64,000 bases of DNA from a virus. Below, one piece after another: positions 27,987 through 37,619 of the stretch. The notes beneath the pieces are model-generated. The model was not told the origin of the DNA. It searched no databases and saw only the letters and a program-made list of their open reading frames with translations. The stretch lies in the IMG/VR virus record IMGVR_UViG_3300040771_000127; one strand, 5' to 3'. A program made the translations under genes and the position numbers. The first letter of the stretch is position 1; each line of letters begins with the position of its first letter.

Positions 27987-28133
27987 ATGAAACGTAAAAA
28001 GGTAATAGCCGTTATTAAAGTAGTCACGGACATACACCCAGACGTATTACAGTCTAGGATAGATGCAGCCATACTACGTGAATTAAAATATCTAGAAGTA
28101 ACCAAAATAGAAACCATTATTTACCCAGATTAA
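27987..28133 (+). CDS. Candidate small protein (48 aa)
   Basis: ATG ORF MKRKKVIAVIKVVTDIHPDVLQSRIDAAILRELKYLEVTKIETIIYPD fills the gap before the helicase gene. It is below the track cutoff. Confidence 0.35.
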   Translation: MKRKKVIAVIKVVTDIHPDVLQSRIDAAILRELKYLEVTKIETIIYPD

Positions 28134-28135
28134 TT

Positions 28136-29407
28136 ATGACTGCAGGAGAGAGCCTTTTTATTAAAATACTAATTGATGCGGACACTAAAAGTTTAGTACT
28201 TGTAGATTTTGAGTGGTTGGAAGGTGACGAGATACCTATGTATAATTTCATCACCAACTATTTTAAGGAGTACACCAAGTTACCCTCAATAAAATTATTT
28301 AAGAGTAAGTTTTCTATCAGGGATATTTCCGTAGAAGACGAAGCAGCTTATTTTTTAGATGCCCTCAGAGACAGGTACGTTTATGTTACACTAGTTGATA
28401 AGGTTCCTAAAATTATAAAAGATGCTAAAAAATCAAGTAAGGAATCACTTGTAAGTTTACGAGATTTAATTGCTAAGTTATCTGCTACTGGTAAAGATAC
28501 GGAACTATCCAATTACGGTTCTAAAGGTAAAGAACGTTTGGAAGAGTATGAGAATCGTATAGTTTCAGGCGGTATCACTTACTTACCTACAGGTGATAAA
28601 TTCTTAGACAGTTTAATGTTTGGTTACTCAGAGTCAGATTTAATTACTATTGGTGGAAGACCAGGTACAAAGAAAACTTGGATACTAATTTATTTAACAC
28701 TCGCACTGGATAAATTACTAGGTGACTATTTAAAAGATCGCCCATTATTATTTGTTAGTAATGAGATTGGTGTTAGTGAATTAATGGATCGTATGGATTG
28801 TATGAAATATAAGATGCCCTATACTGACTTCTTAAAAGGGGAACTAGATACCCGTACTCATGCTAGGTATGAAAGAGGTCTCAAATCCAAAAGAGTTTCC
28901 AACATACAAATTACTACTAAATGTAGACACTTGGCTGACCTAGAATTACTAGTTAAACTTTACAGACCTGCAGCTATATTTTTAGATGGTAGTTACCTTA
29001 TGGAACCTAAGATGTCAGTTGGTTGGGAGAAAGTTACATTTATTACACAGAATTTAAAAGCTATAGCCCTTAGTAATGGAACTCCCGTTATTAATACCAC
29101 ACAGTCACGAAGACGCTCGGGTACTTCTAGTACTAAGGGACCTAAGAGCGCAGTTGCAGCACAAGATGATTTTGCTTTTGCCGATAGTTACTCGCAGGAT
29201 AGTGATTTAGCTATGCTTCTATATCCAAAAGATGACAGTAAATGGAGTAATGAAATTGCAGGTATAGTCGCCAAAGGACGTAGTATCGATATAGAGAAGT
29301 CTAACTTTAAAGTAATGGCGTCACTAACCAGTATGGACTTTAAATTTGTTCAAGATTTTATCGATGATGAAGAAGAAGATGAAAAAGATAAAACCATAAG
29401 TTACTAG
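28136..29407 (+). CDS. DnaB-like replicative DNA helicase
   Basis: 423 aa with Walker A GGRPGTKKTW, Walker B AAIFLDGSYLM and an NTTQSRR arginine-finger-like region. Confidence 0.7.
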   Translation: MTAGESLFIKILIDADTKSLVLVDFEWLEGDEIPMYNFITNYFKEYTKLPSIKLFKSKFSIRDISVEDEAAYFLDALRDRYVYVTLVDKVPKIIKDAKKSSKESLVSLRDLIAKLSATGKDTELSNYGSKGKERLEEYENRIVSGGITYLPTGDKFLDSLMFGYSESDLITIGGRPGTKKTWILIYLTLALDKLLGDYLKDRPLLFVSNEIGVSELMDRMDCMKYKMPYTDFLKGELDTRTHARYERGLKSKRVSNIQITTKCRHLADLELLVKLYRPAAIFLDGSYLMEPKMSVGWEKVTFITQNLKAIALSNGTPVINTTQSRRRSGTSSTKGPKSAVAAQDDFAFADSYSQDSDLAMLLYPKDDSKWSNEIAGIVAKGRSIDIEKSNFKVMASLTSMDFKFVQDFIDDEEEDEKDKTISY

Positions 29408-29409
29408 TT

Positions 29410-29742
29410 ATGAAATTACAATACCTCGCTACAAGATTCGCATATAAAGATGCTGTTACCGAAAAGTACACTATAGGTTTCAAAAGATACCCAATGAACT
29501 GCGTGTTTAGTTACGCAGGTTTGGTGTGGTGTATAGATCCAGAAACCCTAAATATTACTGAGACTACCACAGGGTATAAAATACTACCCCTAGGAGTTAA
29601 GCCTGACTATTCTGAATACAATCTTAGATTAATTAAAGAACTTATTGTTACCTTTATAGACAGTAAAATGGGTGATTTGCCTAAAAGGATCACAGCTTGT
29701 CGTAATGGTTACATAGAACCTTTTATACATACATTACTATGA
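29410..29742 (+). CDS. Hypothetical protein
   Basis: 110 aa ORF. Confidence 0.55.
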   Translation: MKLQYLATRFAYKDAVTEKYTIGFKRYPMNCVFSYAGLVWCIDPETLNITETTTGYKILPLGVKPDYSEYNLRLIKELIVTFIDSKMGDLPKRITACRNGYIEPFIHTLL

Positions 29743-30050
29743 TGGAACAACTATTAGTATCTACTATGCATAATAATGAGGTAGACATAAGAAACATATT
29801 GCAGCAAGCAATAAAAAATTATTTTCAACATCTTATAAAGTCTGACAAGAGTAAAAATTTATCAGATATAGTAATAATTATGGATGTAGACAAGGACAGT
29901 GATATACTAAAAAGTAAAGACCGTATTAGTGGTAGACTTCTTGACAATATAGCCACAGTTATCCACACTGAAAGAGCTTTTACTATAACTTCAAAATACT
30001 TAGAGGATGCGAATATTATTGACGGCAGTTTCTTTATTTGCCTTAATTAA
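29739..30050 (+). CDS. Hypothetical protein
   Basis: 103 aa with an ATGA overlap. Confidence 0.55.
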   Translation: MMEQLLVSTMHNNEVDIRNILQQAIKNYFQHLIKSDKSKNLSDIVIIMDVDKDSDILKSKDRISGRLLDNIATVIHTERAFTITSKYLEDANIIDGSFFICLN

Positions 30051-30348
30051 CGGACTATACATTTATTTTCTTTGGGACACCCATGTAATAAATATTTGGG
30101 AAATGCGTTTCTACTTATTCTACGCTTGGGTTATAGGAGCGCTTATAGCCTTTGGTATTCTCAGAGTGTACAATGCAGTAGTTAGCAATACTCTGTATCT
30201 TCTTAAATTAAGACAAGAAATAAGAAGTTTTGTTACTAGTGCAAAAAATTTGGAGCGAAGTACTAGTTCTTATGCTAAGGTTGTTACACCTCTTAAGGTA
30301 GCTATAGTAAAGCTTACTACAGCAATTACCTTGAATAAAAAACGCTAG
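30007..30348 (+). CDS. Membrane protein (2 TM)
   Basis: 113 aa with two hydrophobic helices. The start is uncertain because of a 44-nt overlap. Confidence 0.45.
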   Translation: MRILLTAVSLFALINGLYIYFLWDTHVINIWEMRFYLFYAWVIGALIAFGILRVYNAVVSNTLYLLKLRQEIRSFVTSAKNLERSTSSYAKVVTPLKVAIVKLTTAITLNKKR

Positions 30349-30350
30349 TT

Positions 30351-31202
30351 TTGGAACTTATCGACATAGTAGGGGACTTTTCTCCTAGACTTTCAGGATC
30401 TCAGATACGTATGCAATGCCCCTTTAGAGATAAGCATACCGATGGTAGTGGGCAGGTATCAATGTTTTTAACACCAGATATTAATGCGTACCATTGCTTT
30501 TCTTGTAAGAGTAAAGGTAAATTAACCCAGTTGCTTGTAAGGGAGTTTGATATTAGTCTTACGGATGCCTATGACTATATAAATATGGACGCGTACCTTA
30601 CAGGTAGTCGTACTACTATAAAAGAAGCTATACGTGAAGATCCTTACTATAAATTAGCTACGCCTAAGATGTATAGTAAAAGAAAAATTTCGGAAAGTGT
30701 TCTACGTAATTTTAAACTGGGTTACAATTCTGAAGATGTTGTAATACCTTATATTGAGAATAATAAAATTGTCGGTTACATAAAAAGAAACATTGAAAAT
30801 CCCACCCGATACAATTTAGATTTTAAACGTGGAAAGTACGTATACAACTATAAGCCTAAGAACAGTTCTGCTATTATAGTTGAAGGTGCAGCAGACGTTT
30901 GGCGATTGGTTAGTTGGGGGTTACACGCAGAGGGTTTAGGAGGTACTGAATTTTCCTTAGAGATTGTTGAAAAACTAAAAGCGCATAAAGAATTATACTT
31001 TGCATTAGACAACGATATAGCTGGAATACGATGTGCCGATAAACTTTATCAGGCGTTGTACCGAGATGTAGAAATACATTTTATTGAATATGATGGTGAA
31101 GACCCTGAGAAGTCCACCCGTTCTAGTTTTTTTGAGGGTTATAAAGATCCAAAAGATTACTACGAATTTAAGAGTACGTTTATTGATATTTTAGAATACT
31201 AA
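30351..31202 (+). CDS. DNA primase (CHC2 zinc finger + TOPRIM)
   Basis: CPFRDKH...YHCFSCKSKG zinc finger, TOPRIM IIVEGAADVW and LDNDIAG. Apparent TTG start. Confidence 0.8.
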   Translation: MELIDIVGDFSPRLSGSQIRMQCPFRDKHTDGSGQVSMFLTPDINAYHCFSCKSKGKLTQLLVREFDISLTDAYDYINMDAYLTGSRTTIKEAIREDPYYKLATPKMYSKRKISESVLRNFKLGYNSEDVVIPYIENNKIVGYIKRNIENPTRYNLDFKRGKYVYNYKPKNSSAIIVEGAADVWRLVSWGLHAEGLGGTEFSLEIVEKLKAHKELYFALDNDIAGIRCADKLYQALYRDVEIHFIEYDGEDPEKSTRSSFFEGYKDPKDYYEFKSTFIDILEY

Positions 31203-31264
31203 TAAATTAGGCTTGTGATTAAATTTAGAATTGAGTATTATTAGTATTATTGAAACCTTAAAAT

Positions 31265-32080
31265 TTGAGAAGTATGCCAGTATCAAGACGAAGAGCAGTA
31301 AAAGCTCGTGAAGAAGATGAAGATGTAAAGCCAAAAAGAAGAGCCTTACGTAGTGAAGAAAGTGAAGAATATGAAGAGCGCCCTAAGAGAAGTTCTAGAC
31401 GTGCCGATGATGATGATGAAGATGAACCAGCTAGAAAACCTCGCAGGTCTGCTAGTAGAGATGATTCAGATGATGGTTCTCCTAAAGCTACTGCTACAAG
31501 TGGTTCCGGCTGGGGAAAAGTTGCCAGTAAAGCAAAACAAGTAGAAGACAATGCTAAAAACAATGTTAATGAGTTTTGGTTAGCTGATGGTGAGAGTGCC
31601 ATAATACAGTTTTATGAAGACGAACCTTACTGCACAGAAGGACACACTGTACAGCAGGGTAAGAAGTACACTTTTGTACCTTGTCAATTAACTAAACAAA
31701 GACACTGTTTATTATGTGAAGAAGCAGTTACTCATTCTTGGAAAGCGGCGTTTAAAGTTTTTGACCACCGTGGTACTTGGGATAAGGACAAACGTAGATT
31801 CAAACATGATAAATTAGTTGAGAAAGTTTGGTTGATTGGTCCAGCATTAACTGAACAACTAAAAGCTTATGTTGATAAAAAAGGTAAGACTTTAAGTAAA
31901 ATAGTTCTAGAAGTATCTCGCACTGGTGCAGGTAAAAAAGCAGCTTATAATATTGAGGTTGCTTGGGATGAAGATGAAGATAGACCTATGAAACCTAAAG
32001 TTGTTAAAAGTGAATTGGATAGTTTGGATGTTCTGTATGCACCGCCTACGGATGAGTTCATAGCTGACAATTACATTTAG
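31265..32080 (+). CDS. Putative gp32-like ssDNA-binding protein with charged low-complexity N-terminus
   Basis: His/Cys pattern H-x12-C-x7-C-x2-C (GHTVQQGKKYTFVPCQLTKQRHCLLC) resembles the T4 gp32 zinc site H-x12-C-x9-C-x2-C. It lies between the primase and the polymerase. Confidence 0.45.
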   Translation: MRSMPVSRRRAVKAREEDEDVKPKRRALRSEESEEYEERPKRSSRRADDDDEDEPARKPRRSASRDDSDDGSPKATATSGSGWGKVASKAKQVEDNAKNNVNEFWLADGESAIIQFYEDEPYCTEGHTVQQGKKYTFVPCQLTKQRHCLLCEEAVTHSWKAAFKVFDHRGTWDKDKRRFKHDKLVEKVWLIGPALTEQLKAYVDKKGKTLSKIVLEVSRTGAGKKAAYNIEVAWDEDEDRPMKPKVVKSELDSLDVLYAPPTDEFIADNYI

Positions 32081-32090
32081 TATTAATCAG

Positions 32091-32121
32091 TAAGCCTAAC
32101 GAAATACTTAGGCTTATTTTT
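32091..32121 (+). terminator. Rho-independent terminator
   Basis: TAAGCCTAA/TTAGGCTTA 9-bp stem followed by TTTTT. Confidence 0.65.
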
Positions 32122-32132
32122 ATTTTATATGC

Positions 32133-34001
32133 ATGCGGATAGAAAAAGAAATAATAACCACAGAATCTAGGTTACTACAAGTACTCACTAAGCTGGTTCC
32201 TTATGAGATCGTTTTTGATACTGAGAGTACAGGACTAGTTTACTCTTCCTTACTTTTAGGTACCTCTTTTTACTCGCCAGAATTTAATACTGCCTATTGG
32301 GTAGCTACGAATTACTTTTTTGAGCAGGGAATTTCTGTAGAGGCTATTGCTAGAGTAATGAACCAATTTACTTTCAAAAGTATATTCCATAATGCTAAGT
32401 ATGACTTTACAGTTTTTGCTAGAAATAAAGTGGACTTAGAAGTTTTTGATTTGGTAGACGACACTATACTACTTATACATTTACACGACCCAGAGCTACT
32501 TAAAAAAATGGAGGAACGTATAAAGTTAGATTTTGGTGTTAAGAAGAAAACGTTCAAGGAAATTGTTGGTAAAAACTGGGATAGAATTGATTGGAATAAA
32601 GATGTGATTCGCTTCGAGGGTGACACAGGTTGTTTTACCTTTGAACAATTAGCCGATTATGCTTGCTCAGATGTTTACTGGACTTATCGTTTACGAGAAT
32701 ACTACTTACCTAAAGTTTTGGCAGATACTAGATTGTATAAAGTTTACACAGATATAGAACTACCCTTAGTTCCCGTTTTATGTGAGATGTATATGCAAGG
32801 AGTAAATATTCGTCCTGAGGTACTGACTGCCATGGATGGTGTTTTACTTTCTGAAATCGAGAGAACAAAAGAGAGTATATTTAAACAGTGTGGAGTAGTA
32901 TTTAATATGAACTCGCCCCAGCAGAAAGCTGATGTTCTATACAATACTTTAGGCTACCCAGTATTAGGATACACTAAAACTGGAAATCCTAGCACTGATG
33001 CTTCAACACTGGATCAGTTAGCAGATATGGACTATGATGTTTGCGTTACTATGCGAGAATACTCAACACTGCAAAAACTTTACAGCGGCTATGTAAATGG
33101 AATTCCTAGTTTACTGGATTACGATGGTAGGTTACGGGGTAACTTTAATAGTACAGGTACCAAAACTGGTAGATTTAGTTCTGATAAACCTAATTTACAA
33201 AACCAGCCTAATAACAAGGCGTACCCAGTAAGGGCTGCTTTTATTCCCAGACCCGGATATAAGATGATAGTTGCCGATTATTCGCAGATTGAGTTACGTT
33301 TCATGGCACACGTATCTAAAGATGAAATTTTTACCTCTGCTTTTTGGCGTGGTGATGATGTACACCAGCAAGTTGCTGACGATTTAGGTATAACACGTAA
33401 ACAAGCTAAGATTGTAAACTTTGCCGTTCTTTATGGTATGACTTTTATGGGATTAGCTCTAAGTTTAAAGATCACAGAGAAAAAGGCTAAAAAAATAATT
33501 GCCGATTACGAGAGTACGTACAAAGGTTACTACCGTTGGAAAACACGTGTAGAAGAAAAAGTAATCAAGGATAAAATGTCTAGAACAATATTCGGAAGAA
33601 TAAGACGTATGCCCTATGTTAATAATCCTAAGATGCACAATTCCGCATTACGTCAAGGAGTAAATGCAGAAGTACAAGGAGGTGCAGCCGATGTTATTAA
33701 ACTAGCCATGATTAAAATACACAAAAAATGGTGCGGAGAAAATGACTACGGTGCTAGGATGTTAATGCAGGTACATGATGAACTTATATGCGAGGCTCCT
33801 ATAGAACACGCTGAAAGAGCTTACGCTGAACTTATTTATGAAATGGAGAATTGCGTTAAACTAGACGTACCATTACTTGTAGAGGGAATACTTTGTGATA
33901 GTTGGGATGCTATGAAAGGTGGTGATGTTCCAGATTACTTACAAGACGTCTTTTCTCCCGTTGATACCAGTTTTTCAGCCTATTTATACCCTATAAATTA
34001 A
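32133..34001 (+). CDS. polA: Family A DNA polymerase with 3'-5' exonuclease domain
   Basis: Exo I FDTESTGL, motif A DYSQIELRF, motif B KIVNFAVLYG, motif C QVHDEL. Confidence 0.9.
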   Translation: MRIEKEIITTESRLLQVLTKLVPYEIVFDTESTGLVYSSLLLGTSFYSPEFNTAYWVATNYFFEQGISVEAIARVMNQFTFKSIFHNAKYDFTVFARNKVDLEVFDLVDDTILLIHLHDPELLKKMEERIKLDFGVKKKTFKEIVGKNWDRIDWNKDVIRFEGDTGCFTFEQLADYACSDVYWTYRLREYYLPKVLADTRLYKVYTDIELPLVPVLCEMYMQGVNIRPEVLTAMDGVLLSEIERTKESIFKQCGVVFNMNSPQQKADVLYNTLGYPVLGYTKTGNPSTDASTLDQLADMDYDVCVTMREYSTLQKLYSGYVNGIPSLLDYDGRLRGNFNSTGTKTGRFSSDKPNLQNQPNNKAYPVRAAFIPRPGYKMIVADYSQIELRFMAHVSKDEIFTSAFWRGDDVHQQVADDLGITRKQAKIVNFAVLYGMTFMGLALSLKITEKKAKKIIADYESTYKGYYRWKTRVEEKVIKDKMSRTIFGRIRRMPYVNNPKMHNSALRQGVNAEVQGGAADVIKLAMIKIHKKWCGENDYGARMLMQVHDELICEAPIEHAERAYAELIYEMENCVKLDVPLLVEGILCDSWDAMKGGDVPDYLQDVFSPVDTSFSAYLYPIN

Positions 34002-34007
34002 GAACCT

Positions 34008-34214
34008 ATGATTTTTTATGACCACGATTCGGGAGAATCATTATCACTAGAAGAACTGTGCAAGCGGTTAGTAGACGCTAAACATTTAATTACCACGGAG
34101 GTTAAAATGGCTAGAGAAGTAACTACCAGTACTACTAGAAAACCGTATTATCTTATAGATAGTACGAATACAGCATACAAAATTGAACCAAATAAATATA
34201 CAGTATATGAGTGA
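34008..34214 (+). CDS. Hypothetical protein
   Basis: 68 aa ORF. Confidence 0.5.
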   Translation: MIFYDHDSGESLSLEELCKRLVDAKHLITTEVKMAREVTTSTTRKPYYLIDSTNTAYKIEPNKYTVYE

Positions 34215-35340
34215 TGATTTAGGAGTAACGCTTAAAGCGCTACAAAAAAAGTATGGTGAGAACGTTATTACATACGGAAACCAGTTGCAACCAATACGAA
34301 AGATACCTTTGGGTATACCTGCTTTTGACTACGTAACTACTGGGGGATTTCCAGTACATAGGTTTACTGAACTCTACGGAGATTTTAGTTCTCTTAAAAG
34401 TTATTTTACTTACGTAGGTATAGGAAAATTTCAAAAATATGATTGGGCTAACAACTTTAATGATGTACTATCTGTGGATGTTAAAGTGGGTAAAGATGGT
34501 TTACCAAAGGTAACCAAGATTAAAACACCTAGGTCTTATAAACCTAAATTAGACCCAGTTTATAAGTTTTGCGTTCTTATAGATCTAGAAGGTACTTATG
34601 ACAGAGCTTGGGGTAAAAAACTTGGTATTGACAACGAGGCTTTAATTTACATTAATCCAAGTTCCTTAAACGTTTCTATAGATTTGTTAGACGCGTTCCT
34701 TAGTAACGTAGATATTTCTTTAGTGGTTTTTGATAGTATGATTGCTATAGGTGCCGATGCCGAAGCAGATGCTAGTATGGAGAAAGAACAAATGGGTGTA
34801 AATGCTAAGTTTTGGAATAAGGCTATGCGTAAAATTACTGCAGCCATGAATCGAAATCCAGAAAAAGATGTAACGTTAGCCATGATTAATGGTGCTTATG
34901 AAAAGTTAGGTATGGTATTCGGGGACCCCGAACAAACTAAAAATGGTAAAGGTGTAGGTTTAGCTAAAAGTATGTCTATTCGTAGTAGTGCTTTAAAGAC
35001 TCAGAGTGATACTGTAGAAGGTGTTACACTGGTTAAAGGTAGAAACATCACTTTACGTAATAAGAAGAACAAAGTGGGCGCACCATTCAGAGAAGCTTCT
35101 CTATACTTTTCTTTTGTTGATGATGGTATAATGGAAGCTGGCGACACAGATATTGTTTCCCAGTTAGTGACCTTGGCTACTTCTCACGGTTTAATTACCC
35201 GAAAAGGTGCTTACTATAGTTACAAGGACTATAAGATTAATGGTTTTGACAACTTCTGTAACGTTTTCATAGAAGATGTAGAAAAACGTAATGATTTATT
35301 TGACACTGTTTATAAAGAAATAATTTTTAAAGATGCGTGA
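34183..35340 (+). CDS. RecA-family recombinase with variant P-loop
   Basis: Collinear with RecA: TGGFPVHRFTELYGDFSSLKS (versus GGLPxGRIVEIYGPESSGKT), VVFDSMIA, MGVNAKFWNKAMRKI, GMVFGDPEQTKNGKG. The likely true start is ATG 34207 (MSDDLG...). Confidence 0.75.
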   Translation: MNQINIQYMSDDLGVTLKALQKKYGENVITYGNQLQPIRKIPLGIPAFDYVTTGGFPVHRFTELYGDFSSLKSYFTYVGIGKFQKYDWANNFNDVLSVDVKVGKDGLPKVTKIKTPRSYKPKLDPVYKFCVLIDLEGTYDRAWGKKLGIDNEALIYINPSSLNVSIDLLDAFLSNVDISLVVFDSMIAIGADAEADASMEKEQMGVNAKFWNKAMRKITAAMNRNPEKDVTLAMINGAYEKLGMVFGDPEQTKNGKGVGLAKSMSIRSSALKTQSDTVEGVTLVKGRNITLRNKKNKVGAPFREASLYFSFVDDGIMEAGDTDIVSQLVTLATSHGLITRKGAYYSYKDYKINGFDNFCNVFIEDVEKRNDLFDTVYKEIIFKDA

Positions 35341-35824
35341 GGATAAAACTGTTACACAATTTAGAGATATAGCCAGTTCCCCGATAGTAAAATTTTCGGG
35401 GAAAGCTACTATGCTCATAAAAGCCAATACTACAGGTAATCTGTTAACTTACCCTATACTGTTACCTTTTGATGGAGACGAGACAAACTTTAGGATAGAC
35501 TACTTTAACGAACTTAATAAACTACACGCACAAGGTAAATTAGAGGAGTTGTTGCAATTTAATTTTTTACATTCCTCAGGTGAAGAAGAAAAGTTACTTA
35601 CTAGTCAGGAACTATTTGACTTACTAAATGAGAGTATAGAGACGAATACTAAGGTTTGTACGCTTGAAGAGGTAACTAAAAAAGTACCTAAATTTTATAG
35701 ACCCGTTGTTAGGTTTATGGCAGATAAACGAAATACAGGATTATTTATTATAATTCTTGTATCTGTAGTAGCTAATATAGCCACCTTAATAAATATTTTT
35801 ATATGGCTCTTCCTAAACACCTAA
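35333..35824 (+). CDS. Hypothetical protein with C-terminal TM anchor
   Basis: 163 aa with C-terminal LFIIILVSVVANIATLINIFIWLF. Confidence 0.5.
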   Translation: MREDKTVTQFRDIASSPIVKFSGKATMLIKANTTGNLLTYPILLPFDGDETNFRIDYFNELNKLHAQGKLEELLQFNFLHSSGEEEKLLTSQELFDLLNESIETNTKVCTLEEVTKKVPKFYRPVVRFMADKRNTGLFIIILVSVVANIATLINIFIWLFLNT

Positions 35825-36156
35825 GACCTCCGGATACTCCACAAGTAAAAGGTCGAAAATATGAGACGGTACTGGCTAAAACTCTCGGTGGTAGAGTTGC
35901 AGTAAATTCAGGTGCTACTTTTGGTGAGAACGATATTATAGCTGACTTTTGTGAAGTAGAAGCTAAATTAACTACCAACGAAAGTTACAGTTTAAAAGCT
36001 AAGTATTTTCGGGAAGTAAAGAAGAAGTGTAGCATTAAAAAAATTCCTATAATGGTGGTAAACTTTGAAAAGTACAAGGACAGTTACGCTATTGTACCAA
36101 TGGAAGATTTTGAGTTCTTACTGGAAACCTTAGAAAACCTAAAAAATAAGCTGTAA
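35803..36156 (+). CDS. Putative PD-(D/E)XK nuclease (resolvase-like)
   Basis: 117 aa with the D...ExK-like block ENDIIADFCEVEAKLT. Confidence 0.35.
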   Translation: MALPKHLRPPDTPQVKGRKYETVLAKTLGGRVAVNSGATFGENDIIADFCEVEAKLTTNESYSLKAKYFREVKKKCSIKKIPIMVVNFEKYKDSYAIVPMEDFEFLLETLENLKNKL

Positions 36157-36200
36157 AAATGTATTAGTTACGCAATTTAAAAATCTTTATAATTACACCA

Positions 36201-36398
36201 ATGCAAAGTAAACCAAAGTACAGATTTGAGTTCAAGATAAAGCAGCACCCTACAACAGGTGTATGCAAGATTACCAAATACAAGGTAAACGTAATTACAG
36301 GTAAAGTGCTTTCTTATAGTACTGCCTACAAAAATTTAGATTTGTCTACTGCTAATGAGTATATGTACTTTTTAGAACGAGGCAAACTTCCTATCTAA
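36201..36398 (+). CDS. Hypothetical protein
   Basis: 65 aa ORF. Confidence 0.45.
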   Translation: MQSKPKYRFEFKIKQHPTTGVCKITKYKVNVITGKVLSYSTAYKNLDLSTANEYMYFLERGKLPI

Positions 36399-36429
36399 CA
36401 AAGAGTTTAATTTTAAAAAATCTATATAA

Positions 36430-37617
36430 ATGTATTTAATAACTGTAGTTGAAGAACGCACGGGGTATAAGTTACGCCCAGTCGCAGGACAAGTAGATCC
36501 TGATGGCAATGATATTGATAATTCCATGAATGTTCAGGGAGACACCGCAATAAGATCACTACTAGGTGTAGGAGCAATTCTTTATGCACCAAAGTTAATT
36601 GCCCGAGGAAAGTACTACCAAACTGATGGAGTTTTCTGCTGTGATGCAGCCTTAGCAAAGGTACACTCGCTAACTTTAGCACCACCTGAGGGTCTAGAGC
36701 TTTACAATAAGTACTTAATGAGTGTTAAAAAAGGTAAACCCTTAAGTACGGTAGCCGAAATCGACAAGACTAGTTTTCTAGGTAAGTTAATGAAGCATCC
36801 TAAGTATGGTATTCCCGATTTTGAGGAAACTGGTTTTCACGTAGATAAAGACGACTGGTTCCTATTACTAAGGAATTTGAAACGCAAAGAAAGTACCATG
36901 ATTTATGGACCTACAGGTTCAGGTAAAACTGAGTTAGTAATGCTCATGGCTCAATCTCTTAAAGTGGACATAGAAATTTTTGATATGGGTTCTGCTTTAG
37001 ATCCTACCGCTACCCTTGTAGGTGTGCATAGATTAGAAGATGGTGCTTCCATATTTGACTATTCCAGATTTTACCATGCAATACAAAAACCAGGTATTGT
37101 ACTTTTAGATGAATTATCCAGAGCGCCAGAGAATACAACAAATTTATTGCTTCCTTGTTTAGATTCCCGTAGAACATTGTATACTGATATAGGTAGTGGT
37201 AAAGTAGCTAGAGAAGTTTCTGTACACCCTGACTGCGTTTTTATAGCTACCGCAAACGTAGGTAGTGAATACGTGGGTGTAAACTTACTCGATAAAGCTG
37301 TACTTTCTAGATTTTTTAAACTAGAGCTTGACTACCCTAGTAGAGAAATAGAAATAAGTATTTTGGAGAATCGTACTGGTATCGATAGAAAAGATGCTGA
37401 AACAGTAACTAAAATTTGCCAAGATATTAGAGGCGGTTATCTAAAGGGTACCTTATCTAGAGATGTGAGTATAAGAGAAAGTCTAAGTATAGGTAACTTA
37501 ATCAGGGATGGTTACGATACACTAACGGCACTAAAATTAGTTTTAATTCCTTGCTTTGAAGGTTCTGTAGATGGAGGAGACCGTTCTGTAGTACTTGCAA
37601 AAATAATAGCCCACTAA
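36430..37617 (+). CDS. MoxR/CbbQ-type AAA+ ATPase
   Basis: Walker A YGPTGSGKTE and Walker B VLLDELSRA. Paired with a downstream VWA protein. Confidence 0.75.
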   Translation: MYLITVVEERTGYKLRPVAGQVDPDGNDIDNSMNVQGDTAIRSLLGVGAILYAPKLIARGKYYQTDGVFCCDAALAKVHSLTLAPPEGLELYNKYLMSVKKGKPLSTVAEIDKTSFLGKLMKHPKYGIPDFEETGFHVDKDDWFLLLRNLKRKESTMIYGPTGSGKTELVMLMAQSLKVDIEIFDMGSALDPTATLVGVHRLEDGASIFDYSRFYHAIQKPGIVLLDELSRAPENTTNLLLPCLDSRRTLYTDIGSGKVAREVSVHPDCVFIATANVGSEYVGVNLLDKAVLSRFFKLELDYPSREIEISILENRTGIDRKDAETVTKICQDIRGGYLKGTLSRDVSIRESLSIGNLIRDGYDTLTALKLVLIPCFEGSVDGGDRSVVLAKIIAH

Positions 37618-37619
37618 CC

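Noticed and set aside
31258-31602. Minus-strand 114-aa ORF, and + strand alternative-frame ORF 31353-31544, over the 5' end of the SSB-like gene
   Set aside because: Both are by-products of the charged low-complexity (GAA/GAT/AGA-rich) region. They are nested completely in the 271-aa ORF, which continues into a motif-bearing domain.
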